Below are positions 20,074-29,043 of a stretch of DNA of 64,000 nt, piece by piece (position 1 is the first letter of the stretch; each line of letters starts with the position of its first letter). Position numbers and translations under genes: made by a program. The notes beneath the pieces were generated by a model, which was given only the letters and a program-made list of their open reading frames with translations, searched no databases and was not told the DNA's origin. The stretch is from assembly GCA_037140955.1 (NCBI GenBank), contig JBAXDL010000004.1, forward strand, positions 15,268-79,267. The letters run 5' to 3'. This stretch comes from a bacterium (GTDB taxonomy: Bacteria; Patescibacteriota; Minisyncoccia; Moranbacterales; GWC2-37-73).

Positions 20074-20289
20074 GTGAGCATGTGAGATTGAGAAAGGGTT
20101 GGCACCTTTTCCCTTGTATAAGGCAAGAATCAGTCTGCAGAAAAAGAGTAGTCTGCCAAATTGGCAGAAATTCGGGTGGAACCGCGCGTCTCAAGACTCG
20201 TCCCGTGCATATCAAACATTTGTTTGACTTGTGCAGGATGGGTCTTTTTTTTTGGGCTCTACGAATTACAAATTAATACAAATATACAA

Positions 20290-20685
20290 ATGTACGAAAA
20301 TGCGAGTGGTAATAAAATTGTGCATAAAGAACTTAGCTATGCCATTATAGGCGCTATTTTTGAAGTTTATAATGAGCTTGGCTATGGCTTCAAAGAGCGC
20401 TATTATGAGGATGCAATTGCAAAAGAATTTGAAAGAAAAAGTATAAAATATAAAAGACAGATGGCATTTGATTTGAAATATAAGGGTGATGCAATAGGAA
20501 AATATAGATTTGATTTTTTGGTTGAAGATATTATTATAGTAGAATTAAAAACTGGAAATTTTTATTCAAAACAAAACATAACACAGGCTGTGCAATATTT
20601 AAAAGCTGCAAATCTTGAACTTGCATTGCTTGTAAATATGACACAGCATGGAGTTAAGTATAGAAGAATATTGAATATTAGATAG
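20290..20685 (+). CDS. GxxExxY family protein (PD-(D/E)XK nuclease superfamily)
   Basis: GFKERYY (GxxExxY) motif, D...ELK (D-ExK) motif, about 130 aa. Confidence 0.7.
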   Translation: MYENASGNKIVHKELSYAIIGAIFEVYNELGYGFKERYYEDAIAKEFERKSIKYKRQMAFDLKYKGDAIGKYRFDFLVEDIIIVELKTGNFYSKQNITQAVQYLKAANLELALLVNMTQHGVKYRRILNIR

Positions 20686-20737
20686 TTTTGTTGTTGTATT
20701 TGTAAATTTGTAATTAATTTGTAATTAGTAGAATCAT

Positions 20738-22108
20738 ATGCAAGAAAAAAAGGTAATAAAGATGGAGGACATTGTTTCGTTTTGCAAAAGAAGGGGATTT
20801 GTTTTTCCGACATCTGAAATTTATGGAGGATTGGCAAATTCATATAGCTATGGTCCATATGGCGCAGAGCTCAAAAGCAATATCAAAAAAATGTGGTGGA
20901 AGAAGTTTGTGCAAAAGCGCGATGATGTTGTTGGCATGGATGGTCCAATTCTGCTGAACACAAAACTTTGGGAAGCGTCCGGTCATGTTGGTGGATTCAA
21001 TGATGCTTCGGTTGATTGCAAAAAATGCAAGAAAAGATTTCGGGCTGATCATGTGGTCAAGGAATTGACTGGGCAAGACATGGAAGGTGAGCTGGAAAAA
21101 ATGACACAAACTTTGCAAGCTGGACTCAAATGTCCTGAGTGTGGAGCTTGTGATTGGACAGAAGTTCGCAATATGAGTCAGATGTTTCAAACTGAAATGA
21201 ATGCAGTTGACGGTCCAATATATTTGCGACCAGAAACTGCTGGGGCAATTTTCTCTGACTACAAAAATGTTATCGATTCAATGCGCGTGAAAATTCCTTT
21301 TGGAATTGCGCAAATTGGAAAGGCTTTCCGCAATGAAATTGTGGCAAGAAATTTTATTTTTCGAATTCGCGAATTTGAACAGATGGAAATTGAATATTTC
21401 ATTGCACCTGATGCTGCTTGGGAACCTATGTTTGAAAAATGGTTGGACGAACAAGAGGAATTTGCAATTTCTCTTGGTGCAAAAAAAGAAGACCTGCGAC
21501 GCTATGAGCATCCAAAGGCAAAACTTTCTCATTATTCAAGAAAAACAGTGGACACTGAATATAATTTTCCATTTGGTTTCGGCGAACTTTTTGGCTTGGC
21601 GCATCGTGGAGATTTTGATTTAACACAGCATTCAAATGCTTCAGGACAAAAGTTGGACTATTTCGATCCAGCCACCAACACTAGGTATACTCCACATGTG
21701 CTTGAACCAACTGTTGGCTTGGACCGTTTGATTTTGACTGCAATTTGCGCTGGCTATACTGAGGAAAAACTTGATGATGGAGAGCGCATTGTGATGAAAT
21801 TTCCAACTACTGTTGCTCCAATCAAAGTTGCGGTTTTCCCGCTCATGAAAAACAAGCCAGAGTTGGTGGCCAAAGCCAAGGAGATTTTTGAAAATTTGAG
21901 CGAGGATTTTATGTGCGAATTTGATGACAATGGAAATGTTGGAAAAAGATATCGCAGGCAAGATGAAATTGGAACGCCATTTTGCGTTACTGTGGACTTT
22001 GATTCACTTGAAGATGGAAAAGTGACAGTGCGCGATCGCGACACCATGAAACAAGAGCGAGTTGCAATTGATGGGCTTGAAAAATATTTTGCAGAAAAAT
22101 TGAAATAG
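20738..22108 (+). CDS. glyQS: Glycine--tRNA ligase (dimeric class II GlyQS type)
   Basis: N-terminal FPTSEIYGGLANSYSYGPYG, class II motifs, C-terminal anticodon-binding domain. Confidence 0.9.
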   Translation: MQEKKVIKMEDIVSFCKRRGFVFPTSEIYGGLANSYSYGPYGAELKSNIKKMWWKKFVQKRDDVVGMDGPILLNTKLWEASGHVGGFNDASVDCKKCKKRFRADHVVKELTGQDMEGELEKMTQTLQAGLKCPECGACDWTEVRNMSQMFQTEMNAVDGPIYLRPETAGAIFSDYKNVIDSMRVKIPFGIAQIGKAFRNEIVARNFIFRIREFEQMEIEYFIAPDAAWEPMFEKWLDEQEEFAISLGAKKEDLRRYEHPKAKLSHYSRKTVDTEYNFPFGFGELFGLAHRGDFDLTQHSNASGQKLDYFDPATNTRYTPHVLEPTVGLDRLILTAICAGYTEEKLDDGERIVMKFPTTVAPIKVAVFPLMKNKPELVAKAKEIFENLSEDFMCEFDDNGNVGKRYRRQDEIGTPFCVTVDFDSLEDGKVTVRDRDTMKQERVAIDGLEKYFAEKLK

Positions 22109-22137
22109 GAGTAGTAAAAGTCGAAACTTGAAAAACA

Positions 22138-22170
22138 AAAACCCCAAAAACAGGGGTTTTTGTTTTTTTG
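22138..22170 (+). terminator. Intrinsic terminator after glyQS
   Basis: cccc-aaaaaca-gggg hairpin followed by tttttgttttttt. Confidence 0.6.
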
Positions 22171-22197
22171 TTATATTTTCGAAAAATGGCTTTTGTG

Positions 22198-22226
22198 TTG
22201 ACAAGGGGCATGTTTGGATGCATAAT
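22198..22226 (+). promoter_or_regulatory. Sigma70-type promoter TTGACA-17-CATAAT
   Basis: Spacing exactly 17; followed by AGGAGG RBS and the ATG at 22292. Confidence 0.5.
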
Positions 22227-22291
22227 CACATATTGTCATTTTGATGGCAAATTAAGTTGTTGCTTTAATAAAAAAATACAGGAGGTGCGAA

Positions 22292-23317
22292 ATGAAGGGA
22301 TTTTATCTTGAAGTGGTGTGGAGTCATTCGTTGCGGTTATTGTTTGTTTTTGTATTGTTTTTGAATTATTTTTGCTTTGCAAGGGAAAGTTGTGGTGCAT
22401 CATTTGATGAATCATTGACCGCTGTTTCTTCTGGTTTGCCAATGGGCGCTGATGTTGCTGCCATGGGTGGCATCTGCACCTTGGAGGATTTTTCCTCTGC
22501 AAATCCAGCAGTCACAAGCATTTCAAGTGGAGCAACAAGGAGTGGAACAATTAATTATGGAAATTTTCAGTTCAAAAAGAACATGCTGGAAGTTGTTTCT
22601 GGTTCGGTTGCCTCAAGTGTTGGCGATGTTGTTTTGCAGTTGAGTTTTGCTCATGGCGAAACACCGCTTCGATTTCTCTCCAGTGAAGAACTTTTTAGAA
22701 TAAAAAGAAGTGACACACTTGATTTTCAGTTTGGTGGGAATGTTTTTCATGGCCTTTTGCTTGATGGCGATGAGGTGTATCTTGGCATGGGTTATTCTTT
22801 CAACAAAAGCGTGCAAGATGGAATCACTTTTGCAGCAACATCAAGGAATGAATTTGTGGTTGATTCATCTTCGCATGGTGTGACAATTGGTTTTGCATAT
22901 AAGCCAATCAAGCAGGTCACGATTGGAGGTTTTGGTTCAAGGATTTGGACAAATTCAACAAGCATTGATGATGGATGGCAGAATTCTGAAATAAGTTCAT
23001 TTCACAGTATTGGACATCTTGGAATTTCTGCAAAAATCATAGAGGGCACAACTTTGGCTTTTGATTATCAAAGTTTGAGCTTCTCCGACTCTGACACTAA
23101 GTTTGATCAATACTTTTTGGGAATTGAGCAATATCTCATCAGGGATCACGTTGCTGTCTACGGGGGACTTGCTAACGGAGGTCTCACAACTGGTATTGGC
23201 TTGTATTTCAAAAATGGTGGTTTGAATTTGTCATATGGCAATAATATTGCAAAAGAAACGAAAGAATTTTTTGGATCTTGTGATGCATATATGGCTTCTG
23301 TTTATTTGAATTTTTGA
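22292..23317 (+). CDS. Secreted beta-rich protein of unknown function ending in a C-terminal aromatic residue
   Basis: Signal-peptide-like N-terminus, alternating hydrophobic beta-strand pattern, terminal ...YLNF; a monocistronic unit between a strong promoter and a strong terminator. Confidence 0.4.
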   Translation: MKGFYLEVVWSHSLRLLFVFVLFLNYFCFARESCGASFDESLTAVSSGLPMGADVAAMGGICTLEDFSSANPAVTSISSGATRSGTINYGNFQFKKNMLEVVSGSVASSVGDVVLQLSFAHGETPLRFLSSEELFRIKRSDTLDFQFGGNVFHGLLLDGDEVYLGMGYSFNKSVQDGITFAATSRNEFVVDSSSHGVTIGFAYKPIKQVTIGGFGSRIWTNSTSIDDGWQNSEISSFHSIGHLGISAKIIEGTTLAFDYQSLSFSDSDTKFDQYFLGIEQYLIRDHVAVYGGLANGGLTTGIGLYFKNGGLNLSYGNNIAKETKEFFGSCDAYMASVYLNF

Positions 23318-23334
23318 ACTGACTGAAATGTCAA

Positions 23335-23373
23335 TGAACCCTTGCAGAAACATTTGCAAGGGTTCATTTTTTT
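23335..23373 (+). terminator. Strong intrinsic terminator
   Basis: 12-bp perfect stem tgaacccttgca / tgcaagggttca, 8-nt loop, then T7. Confidence 0.7.
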
Positions 23374-23414
23374 GCATAAAATGCTTAATTTTAGCCAAAA
23401 ATGGTCAGTTATGT

Positions 23415-23443
23415 TTGACAAAATGCAATTTTAGGAGTATAAT
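23415..23443 (+). promoter_or_regulatory. Consensus promoter TTGACA-17-TATAAT
   Basis: Exact consensus hexamers at 17-bp spacing, followed by a GAGGGGG RBS. Confidence 0.55.
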
Positions 23444-23476
23444 TTAAAGTCAGTTGATTTTACAAAAAAAGAGGGG

Positions 23477-24013
23477 GTGTCTGCCATGATGAAAAGGTTG
23501 GTAAAGATTTTCTTCGGGGTGGACAGCTTTGAAGAAATGAAAAAAAGAGGACTCTCGATGATGCTCATTGTCCCAGCTATTCGTTGGGGTGAATGGATGC
23601 TTTTGGGAGCAACTGGAGCAGCTGTCGTTGCTCTCAAGGCTTGGGGAGTTGGAGATGTTTCAATCTTCTTTCTTCTCTGGGCTGGAAATCTTCTCATTGA
23701 ATGGTGCTTGATTGCCTTCAATGATTCCACTGATGTTGATGTCACTCTGATGGAGGGACTGAGACGACTGGTGGACAAGGCGTTTGAGCAATCTCTGATC
23801 TTGGGAATTGTGATTGAAATCTTGGTTGTCGTTCGCCTCATTATTTGGGACGGCGCAGCATATTTCATTATTTTTTTCCAAAAAAGACTCGTTCGGAAGT
23901 CTTTGAAGATCAGCCTGTTTGTTTTTTCATGCGGGCTGCAGATGGCAGTTTGGACAGTTTTGTATATCTATGGATATGAAAGCTTTTCAGATTTGTTTGC
24001 GAAACTGTTTTGA
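23477..24013 (+). CDS. Hypothetical integral membrane protein
   Basis: 178 aa, four or five TM segments, no recognised motif. Confidence 0.4.
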   Translation: MSAMMKRLVKIFFGVDSFEEMKKRGLSMMLIVPAIRWGEWMLLGATGAAVVALKAWGVGDVSIFFLLWAGNLLIEWCLIAFNDSTDVDVTLMEGLRRLVDKAFEQSLILGIVIEILVVVRLIIWDGAAYFIIFFQKRLVRKSLKISLFVFSCGLQMAVWTVLYIYGYESFSDLFAKLF

Positions 24014-24072
24014 TTTAAAGCTTGCCAACCATTGTGTTTGCAAGCTTCTTTTTTTGCAGCTACAATAAAGAC

Positions 24073-24657
24073 ATGGAACAGATGCAATCACAACCAAACA
24101 TTGAAAAAAAGGAGGATGCTATGCATTCACTAGAAGTTATTACAAGCGCGAGCGATGATTTTTTGAAATCTTTGCTTGAAATGCAGGACAAGGCCTATCC
24201 AGCTGGCTGGGAATATGAGGACGCCGAGGAATATTATCGCAAGATGATCGAGAGTTCCGAGAATATCAACATCATTCTCAAGGAGAAGGAAAAGATTATT
24301 GGCTATGTTTTGCTTGTCCCGCACAACAAAGTTCGAGAAGAATTGTTGGCAGATGATCCAAGGATGGAGGAAGACTCAAATCGTTTTTATATTGAAACGA
24401 TGGAGATTGATCCTGAGATTGGAAAAACTCTCGCTGGTGGAAAATTGTTTTTTAAGATGCTAGGGAAAGTGTTTGAAGAAGCTGAGAAAAAAGGAATCAA
24501 CAAATTTTCTATGCATGCTCGAGTTTCCACCGGGCTCAGCAAGGCTGTGCAGCGATATTTTGGCACAATGATGACTGAAGTTCGCAGAATTGAAAACTGG
24601 CCATATTACAATGGTCAGGAGCCAACTGATTATATGCTTGGCACATATGAGAAATAA
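24073..24657 (+). CDS. Putative GNAT-fold acetyltransferase
   Basis: Weak GNAT-like motif A region (IGKTLAGGKLF); the ORF extends upstream to 24022. Confidence 0.3.
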   Translation: MEQMQSQPNIEKKEDAMHSLEVITSASDDFLKSLLEMQDKAYPAGWEYEDAEEYYRKMIESSENINIILKEKEKIIGYVLLVPHNKVREELLADDPRMEEDSNRFYIETMEIDPEIGKTLAGGKLFFKMLGKVFEEAEKKGINKFSMHARVSTGLSKAVQRYFGTMMTEVRRIENWPYYNGQEPTDYMLGTYEK

Positions 24658-24663
24658 ACAAAA

Positions 24664-24692
24664 CCGGTTTAGCAAATGCTAAGCCGGTTTTT
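24664..24692 (+). terminator. Intrinsic terminator
   Basis: ccggtttagc-aaat-gctaagccgg hairpin followed by ttttt. Confidence 0.55.
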
Positions 24693-24749
24693 CTTTGCTT
24701 AAATGTTGTTTTGGGGTATATTTTATATATAAAGTTTTTAATTAAGGAT

Positions 24750-25088
24750 ATGAAATTGAAACAGGACAAATATCGCAAGGCAAGAGGTGGTCACTCACGA
24801 CTGCTCGAGGTGGCTTGTTTAAAATGCTCAGAGCATCTTTTTTATTATCAAAAAGATGGGCCAGGAATTATGAAGAGAACTTATTTGGACAGAATTACGA
24901 ATTCGGAGAAATTTGAAAATTTTCAACATCTTTCTCTTGATAAAATTCCTCAATTAATCTGTCCAAAATGTGGTGAACATATTGGAACGCCAATTGTTTA
25001 TAAAAAAGAAAATCGGCTAGCCTTTAGACTGTTTGAGGGCGCAGTGAGTAAGAAAATAGTTAATTTGGATAGTCAAAAAAAATTATGA
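24750..25088 (+). CDS. Zinc-ribbon-like small protein (CxxC...CxxC)
   Basis: CLKC...CPKC cysteine pairs; AAGGAT RBS before the ATG at 24750. Confidence 0.3.
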   Translation: MKLKQDKYRKARGGHSRLLEVACLKCSEHLFYYQKDGPGIMKRTYLDRITNSEKFENFQHLSLDKIPQLICPKCGEHIGTPIVYKKENRLAFRLFEGAVSKKIVNLDSQKKL

Positions 25089-25675
25089 AATTACTGTTAA
25101 CATCAACGGGGTTGAGCAATGAAAATGTTAGAAAATTTTTTATTTCTCAATTTGACAAGTTGGACAATAAAACTGCCTGTATTGTGACATCAGGACAAAA
25201 CGAAGAAGAACAGTTTTATATAGACGGCTCAATTAGAGAGTTGAAATCTTTGGATGTAGAAGTTGTTGAATTTAATATTGCCAAAGGAGATAAATTTGCT
25301 GATTTTCCATTTTTTGATATTTATTATATCTGTGGTGGAAATACTTTTTATATTTTGGATAGAATGCGAAAGACAGGAGTGGACAAGATCTTGATTGATG
25401 CTGTTAAAAATGGAAAATTCTATCTCGGCGTTAGTGCTGGAAGTATTATTGCTGGCCCTGACATTGAAGTTGCAGGATTGGGCGACCCAAATGATGTAAA
25501 CATTGAAGACCTAATGGGATTAAAACTTGTTCAATATATTGTTACCCCGCATTACAATCAAAAAGAAAAAAGCATGGTTGAGAAATTCAAGGAAAAACGA
25601 AAAAGCGAGCAGGTGATTGCATTAAATGATGATCAGGCCATTTTTGTTGAAGATGGTAAAATGATTTTAATATAA
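25085..25675 (+). CDS. Peptidase S51 (dipeptidase E-like) / class I glutamine amidotransferase-like
   Basis: LLLTSTG start, ICGGNTFYIL, GVSAGSII nucleophile region. Confidence 0.7.
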   Translation: MKLLLTSTGLSNENVRKFFISQFDKLDNKTACIVTSGQNEEEQFYIDGSIRELKSLDVEVVEFNIAKGDKFADFPFFDIYYICGGNTFYILDRMRKTGVDKILIDAVKNGKFYLGVSAGSIIAGPDIEVAGLGDPNDVNIEDLMGLKLVQYIVTPHYNQKEKSMVEKFKEKRKSEQVIALNDDQAIFVEDGKMILI

Positions 25676-25676
25676 A

Positions 25677-26207
25677 ATGAAAATTCAAGGTCAACAAATT
25701 TGTTTGAAAAAAAACTTGTCAGATGAAAATTACCCTTTGCTTTTGGGATGGTTTGTTGATTTGGAAGTTATTGGATATTTATATTCAGCTAAAAGAATAT
25801 CCAAATTTAAAACCATTAAAGAGATTAAGGATTTTCTGGCTGAAGAAAAAGATGAAATATTTTGGGAAATATATGCAAGTGATGACAAATTTATCGGTTA
25901 TGCTTCTTTGTGTGATTTCAAAGAAAAAGAACAATGCGAATTTAGTATTTTCATTTTGGATAAAAATTACTGGGGCAAAGGCTTGGGATTGGAGACAATA
26001 AGAATATTATTGGAGCATGCTTTTAATGATTTAAAAATGAAAGCAGTTGTTTTAGAGACCAGTGAGTTTCATCAAGGTGCAATTAAATTATACGAAAAAG
26101 CTGGATTCAAAAAGATAAAAGCTGTACCTAATGACAGAACAGTTTTCCATAAGGGAGAATGGGTATTGAGTGGAAGTGTTTTAATGGAAATTAAATCTAC
26201 AATATAA
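25677..26207 (+). CDS. GNAT family N-acetyltransferase (RimJ/RimL-like)
   Basis: GNAT motif A WGKGLGLE, motif B LYEKAGF. Confidence 0.75.
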   Translation: MKIQGQQICLKKNLSDENYPLLLGWFVDLEVIGYLYSAKRISKFKTIKEIKDFLAEEKDEIFWEIYASDDKFIGYASLCDFKEKEQCEFSIFILDKNYWGKGLGLETIRILLEHAFNDLKMKAVVLETSEFHQGAIKLYEKAGFKKIKAVPNDRTVFHKGEWVLSGSVLMEIKSTI

Positions 26208-26219
26208 TTTAAAAAATAT

Positions 26220-26555
26220 ATGCAAAAATCACTAGGACAGTTACAAGAAGCACAGAAAAAGTTATTGGAAGGTATCGAACATCCACGTCTTGGAAATATC
26301 GTTGGACTTTTCGAGGAAGTTGGTGAGCTTTCAAAAGAAATCATGGAGATTGAGTTTTACGATGCCTCAAAAAAGAAGGAACTGGAAGATGAATGCGCGG
26401 ATGTTTTCTCCAGCTTGCTTTCAGTATGTGATTCATATGACATTGATCTTGAATCTGCATATGAACGAAAAATAAATAAGATAGAGGGCAAGATTCCTGA
26501 ATGGAGAGAAAAATACGGAGAAAATCTTAAAAAACTCAGAAACAAATTAGATTAA
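26220..26555 (+). CDS. MazG-like nucleotide pyrophosphohydrolase (small all-alpha)
   Basis: EExGELxxE...ExxDxxxxL pattern (EEVGELSKE, ELEDECADV). Confidence 0.65.
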   Translation: MQKSLGQLQEAQKKLLEGIEHPRLGNIVGLFEEVGELSKEIMEIEFYDASKKKELEDECADVFSSLLSVCDSYDIDLESAYERKINKIEGKIPEWREKYGENLKKLRNKLD

Positions 26556-26648
26556 GAATTCAAAAACTCATGAAATCACAAATTATAATCCATATAGTTT
26601 CTATTTTTAGGCGCAACATGTATTATATCAGTAAGTAAAAACAGCTTG

Positions 26649-26686
26649 TTGACTTACTATATACAATCATATATAATTGTATATAG
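26649..26686 (+). promoter_or_regulatory. Promoter TTGACT-17-TATAAT with an overlapping 11-bp perfect inverted repeat (putative operator)
   Basis: ctatatacaat-catatata-attgtatatag spans the spacer and the -10 immediately upstream of the Fic gene. Confidence 0.5.
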
Positions 26687-26706
26687 TTAATATATAAGAT
26701 AACTTT

Positions 26707-27768
26707 ATGGAGAAAAATAGCCAATTTAAGGCAAGATTTCTTAATGTTTCGTCTGAAATACTGATCAAATTAACAAAAATAGAAGAAATGAAGGGAAGGT
26801 GGGTTGGTGGAATAAATATAAGCCCGCAGATTTTGGGTCGCCTTAAGAAGTCAGTCTTAGTGACTTCTGCGGGTGCTTCAACTCGTATTGAGGGATCTAT
26901 GATGTCAGATGTAGAGGTAGAAGAGTTTATACAAGGACTGAAAGTTGGAAAGTGGAAAAGCAGAGATGAGCAGGAAGTGAAGGGTTATTATGAACTGCTT
27001 AGTAATGTTTTTGATTCATGGCGAGCCCTGTCTTTCAATGAAAGCGCCATCAAACATTTCCACATGGAGATGCTAAGATATGTGCCAAAAGACGAAAGGC
27101 ACCGAGGGGATTACAAGAAAGGTGAAAACACTGTGAACATGCTCGATGCCAAAGGAAATAAAATTGGTGTGGTTTTTGAAACTGTACCGGCATATCTGAC
27201 GCCAAAAAAAATGCAGGAACTTATGGAATGGACACTAAAAGCCTTTGAAGAAAAAAAGATTCACCCGCTTTTTATTATTGGAAACTTTGTGGTTGAATTT
27301 TTGAATATTCATCCATTTCAAGATGGAAACGGAAGGCTATCGAGAATTTTGACTAATCTACTTTTGCTCAAGAATGGATATTTGTATATGCCTTATGTTT
27401 CACATGAGAAATTTATTGAAGACAATAAAAATGAATATTATATGTCTCTACGCAGAAGTCAGAAAACTTTTGGTTCTGAAAACGAGAATATTTCAGCTTG
27501 GATTGATTTTTTCTTGAATATTATTCTCAAGCAGTCAGAAATGGCCATGGAGCTGATGGAAAGTGAACATATTGAAAAACTGTTGTCTCAAAAACAACTT
27601 GTTGTATGGGAATATATGCAAACAGTAATTGAAACTGCCACAGGAGAAATTGTTGAAAAAACTGGTATTGTCAGACCAACTGTGAATCAAGCACTTGAAA
27701 GACTACTGAAATTAAAGAAGATTGAAAAAATAGGATTGGGCAGAGGAACAAGATATAGGAAATTATAG
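26707..27768 (+). CDS. Fic family protein
   Basis: Canonical Fic motif HPFQDGNGRLSR; C-terminal winged-helix-like region. Confidence 0.85.
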   Translation: MEKNSQFKARFLNVSSEILIKLTKIEEMKGRWVGGINISPQILGRLKKSVLVTSAGASTRIEGSMMSDVEVEEFIQGLKVGKWKSRDEQEVKGYYELLSNVFDSWRALSFNESAIKHFHMEMLRYVPKDERHRGDYKKGENTVNMLDAKGNKIGVVFETVPAYLTPKKMQELMEWTLKAFEEKKIHPLFIIGNFVVEFLNIHPFQDGNGRLSRILTNLLLLKNGYLYMPYVSHEKFIEDNKNEYYMSLRRSQKTFGSENENISAWIDFFLNIILKQSEMAMELMESEHIEKLLSQKQLVVWEYMQTVIETATGEIVEKTGIVRPTVNQALERLLKLKKIEKIGLGRGTRYRKL

Positions 27769-27807
27769 TTTATGTAAAATTTTTTAGTGAGTTATTGAAA
27801 TAATCAT

Positions 27808-28329
27808 ATGGAAATAATTAAAACAAAAAGATTTATTTTGAGAAAAATGAATCTGGGAGATGCAAGGGATCTTGCAAGAAACATGAACAATTGGAATGTG
27901 GTTAAAAATCTTTCTCAATTGCCATTTCCATATGAATTGAAGCATGCCAAACAATTTTCTGGAAAGATGGAAAAAGAAATGAAAAAGGAGAAGCCTGGAG
28001 ACTATGTGATGGTGATTGAAATTGATGGGGAAGTTGTTGGTGCAGTTGGCGCTCATCATGTTGAGCTTGGCCACAAAGCCGAGTTGGGTTATTGGTTGGC
28101 GGAGAAGCACTGGGGAAAAGGAATCATGCCTGAAGCTGCAAAGAAATTTTTGACACATATTTTTTCAAAATTCAAACTTCACAGAGTGTGTGCATATGCT
28201 TATGTGCAGAATAAGAACTCAATGAAAGTTTTGGAAAAAATTGGCATGCAATTCGAGGGAATTTGTCGAAAATATGCCATCAAGGATGGAAAATTTATTG
28301 ATGTGCATCTTTATGCGAAGGTTGCCTGA
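27808..28329 (+). CDS. GNAT family N-acetyltransferase (RimJ/RimL-like)
   Basis: WGKGIMPEAA motif A; about 170 aa. Confidence 0.75.
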   Translation: MEIIKTKRFILRKMNLGDARDLARNMNNWNVVKNLSQLPFPYELKHAKQFSGKMEKEMKKEKPGDYVMVIEIDGEVVGAVGAHHVELGHKAELGYWLAEKHWGKGIMPEAAKKFLTHIFSKFKLHRVCAYAYVQNKNSMKVLEKIGMQFEGICRKYAIKDGKFIDVHLYAKVA

Positions 28330-28411
28330 GGACTGTCTTTGCAAAAAATCTTATATTAAGTCACAATATAATTATTACAGATTGTATTTAAATAAATTTA
28401 AGTAATTTCCT

Positions 28412-29029
28412 ATGAATAATAATTCTATAAAACCTTCACCACTAGTTCAAAATTTTTCAAATAATACTCCTACGGGCAAGGCACTTGAAATAGGCTTTGG
28501 TTATGGTGATAATGCTATATTTTTGGCTCAACAAGGTTTTTCTGTTGTTGCTGTTGATATAAATAAAGAAATGGTTGAAAATCTTAAAGAGCGATCAATG
28601 CAATATGCAGTTGATTTAGAAATTATAAAAAATGATATTAGAAATTTTTTAATTAAGGATAATGAATATACTTTTATTTCTGCCTTAAATTGTTTAAACT
28701 TTCTATCAAAAGAAGAATTTTTTAATATAATGGAGAAGATAAAAAATGGATTAAAAAATGATGGTGTTTGTGTGATTGCATTGTTTACGGTTGATGATGA
28801 AATGTGTGAAGAAGTAAGCAGAAAAACAAATGGAAAATTTGATGATGATAATGGGAAGAAATGGTTTTTTCTTAAATCTGGGGAATTGAAAGAACTTTTT
28901 GAAAATGATTTTTTAATACTTTTCTATAAGGAAGTTATTATTGATGATAATGGTCATGTCGGTAAGGAGCTTCCACATAGACATGCTGTTGCACGAATCG
29001 TTGCAAAAAAAAGAAGCGCTATTGTTTAA
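28412..29029 (+). CDS. Class I SAM-dependent methyltransferase (TehB-like)
   Basis: Motif I LEIGFGYGDN, motif II VVAVDIN. Confidence 0.65.
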   Translation: MNNNSIKPSPLVQNFSNNTPTGKALEIGFGYGDNAIFLAQQGFSVVAVDINKEMVENLKERSMQYAVDLEIIKNDIRNFLIKDNEYTFISALNCLNFLSKEEFFNIMEKIKNGLKNDGVCVIALFTVDDEMCEEVSRKTNGKFDDDNGKKWFFLKSGELKELFENDFLILFYKEVIIDDNGHVGKELPHRHAVARIVAKKRSAIV

Positions 29030-29043
29030 GCGCCTCTCTATTG

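Noticed and set aside
19860-20289. Possible tmRNA, RNase P RNA, SRP RNA or tRNA in the long intergenic region
   Set aside because: I looked for the GGUUCGAxUCC T-arm, the tmRNA tag ORF with its 3' CCA-acceptor end, RNase P P4 sequences (GGAAAGUCCGG, ACAGAA) and the SRP domain IV consensus. None was present, so it is kept only as an unassigned structured leader.
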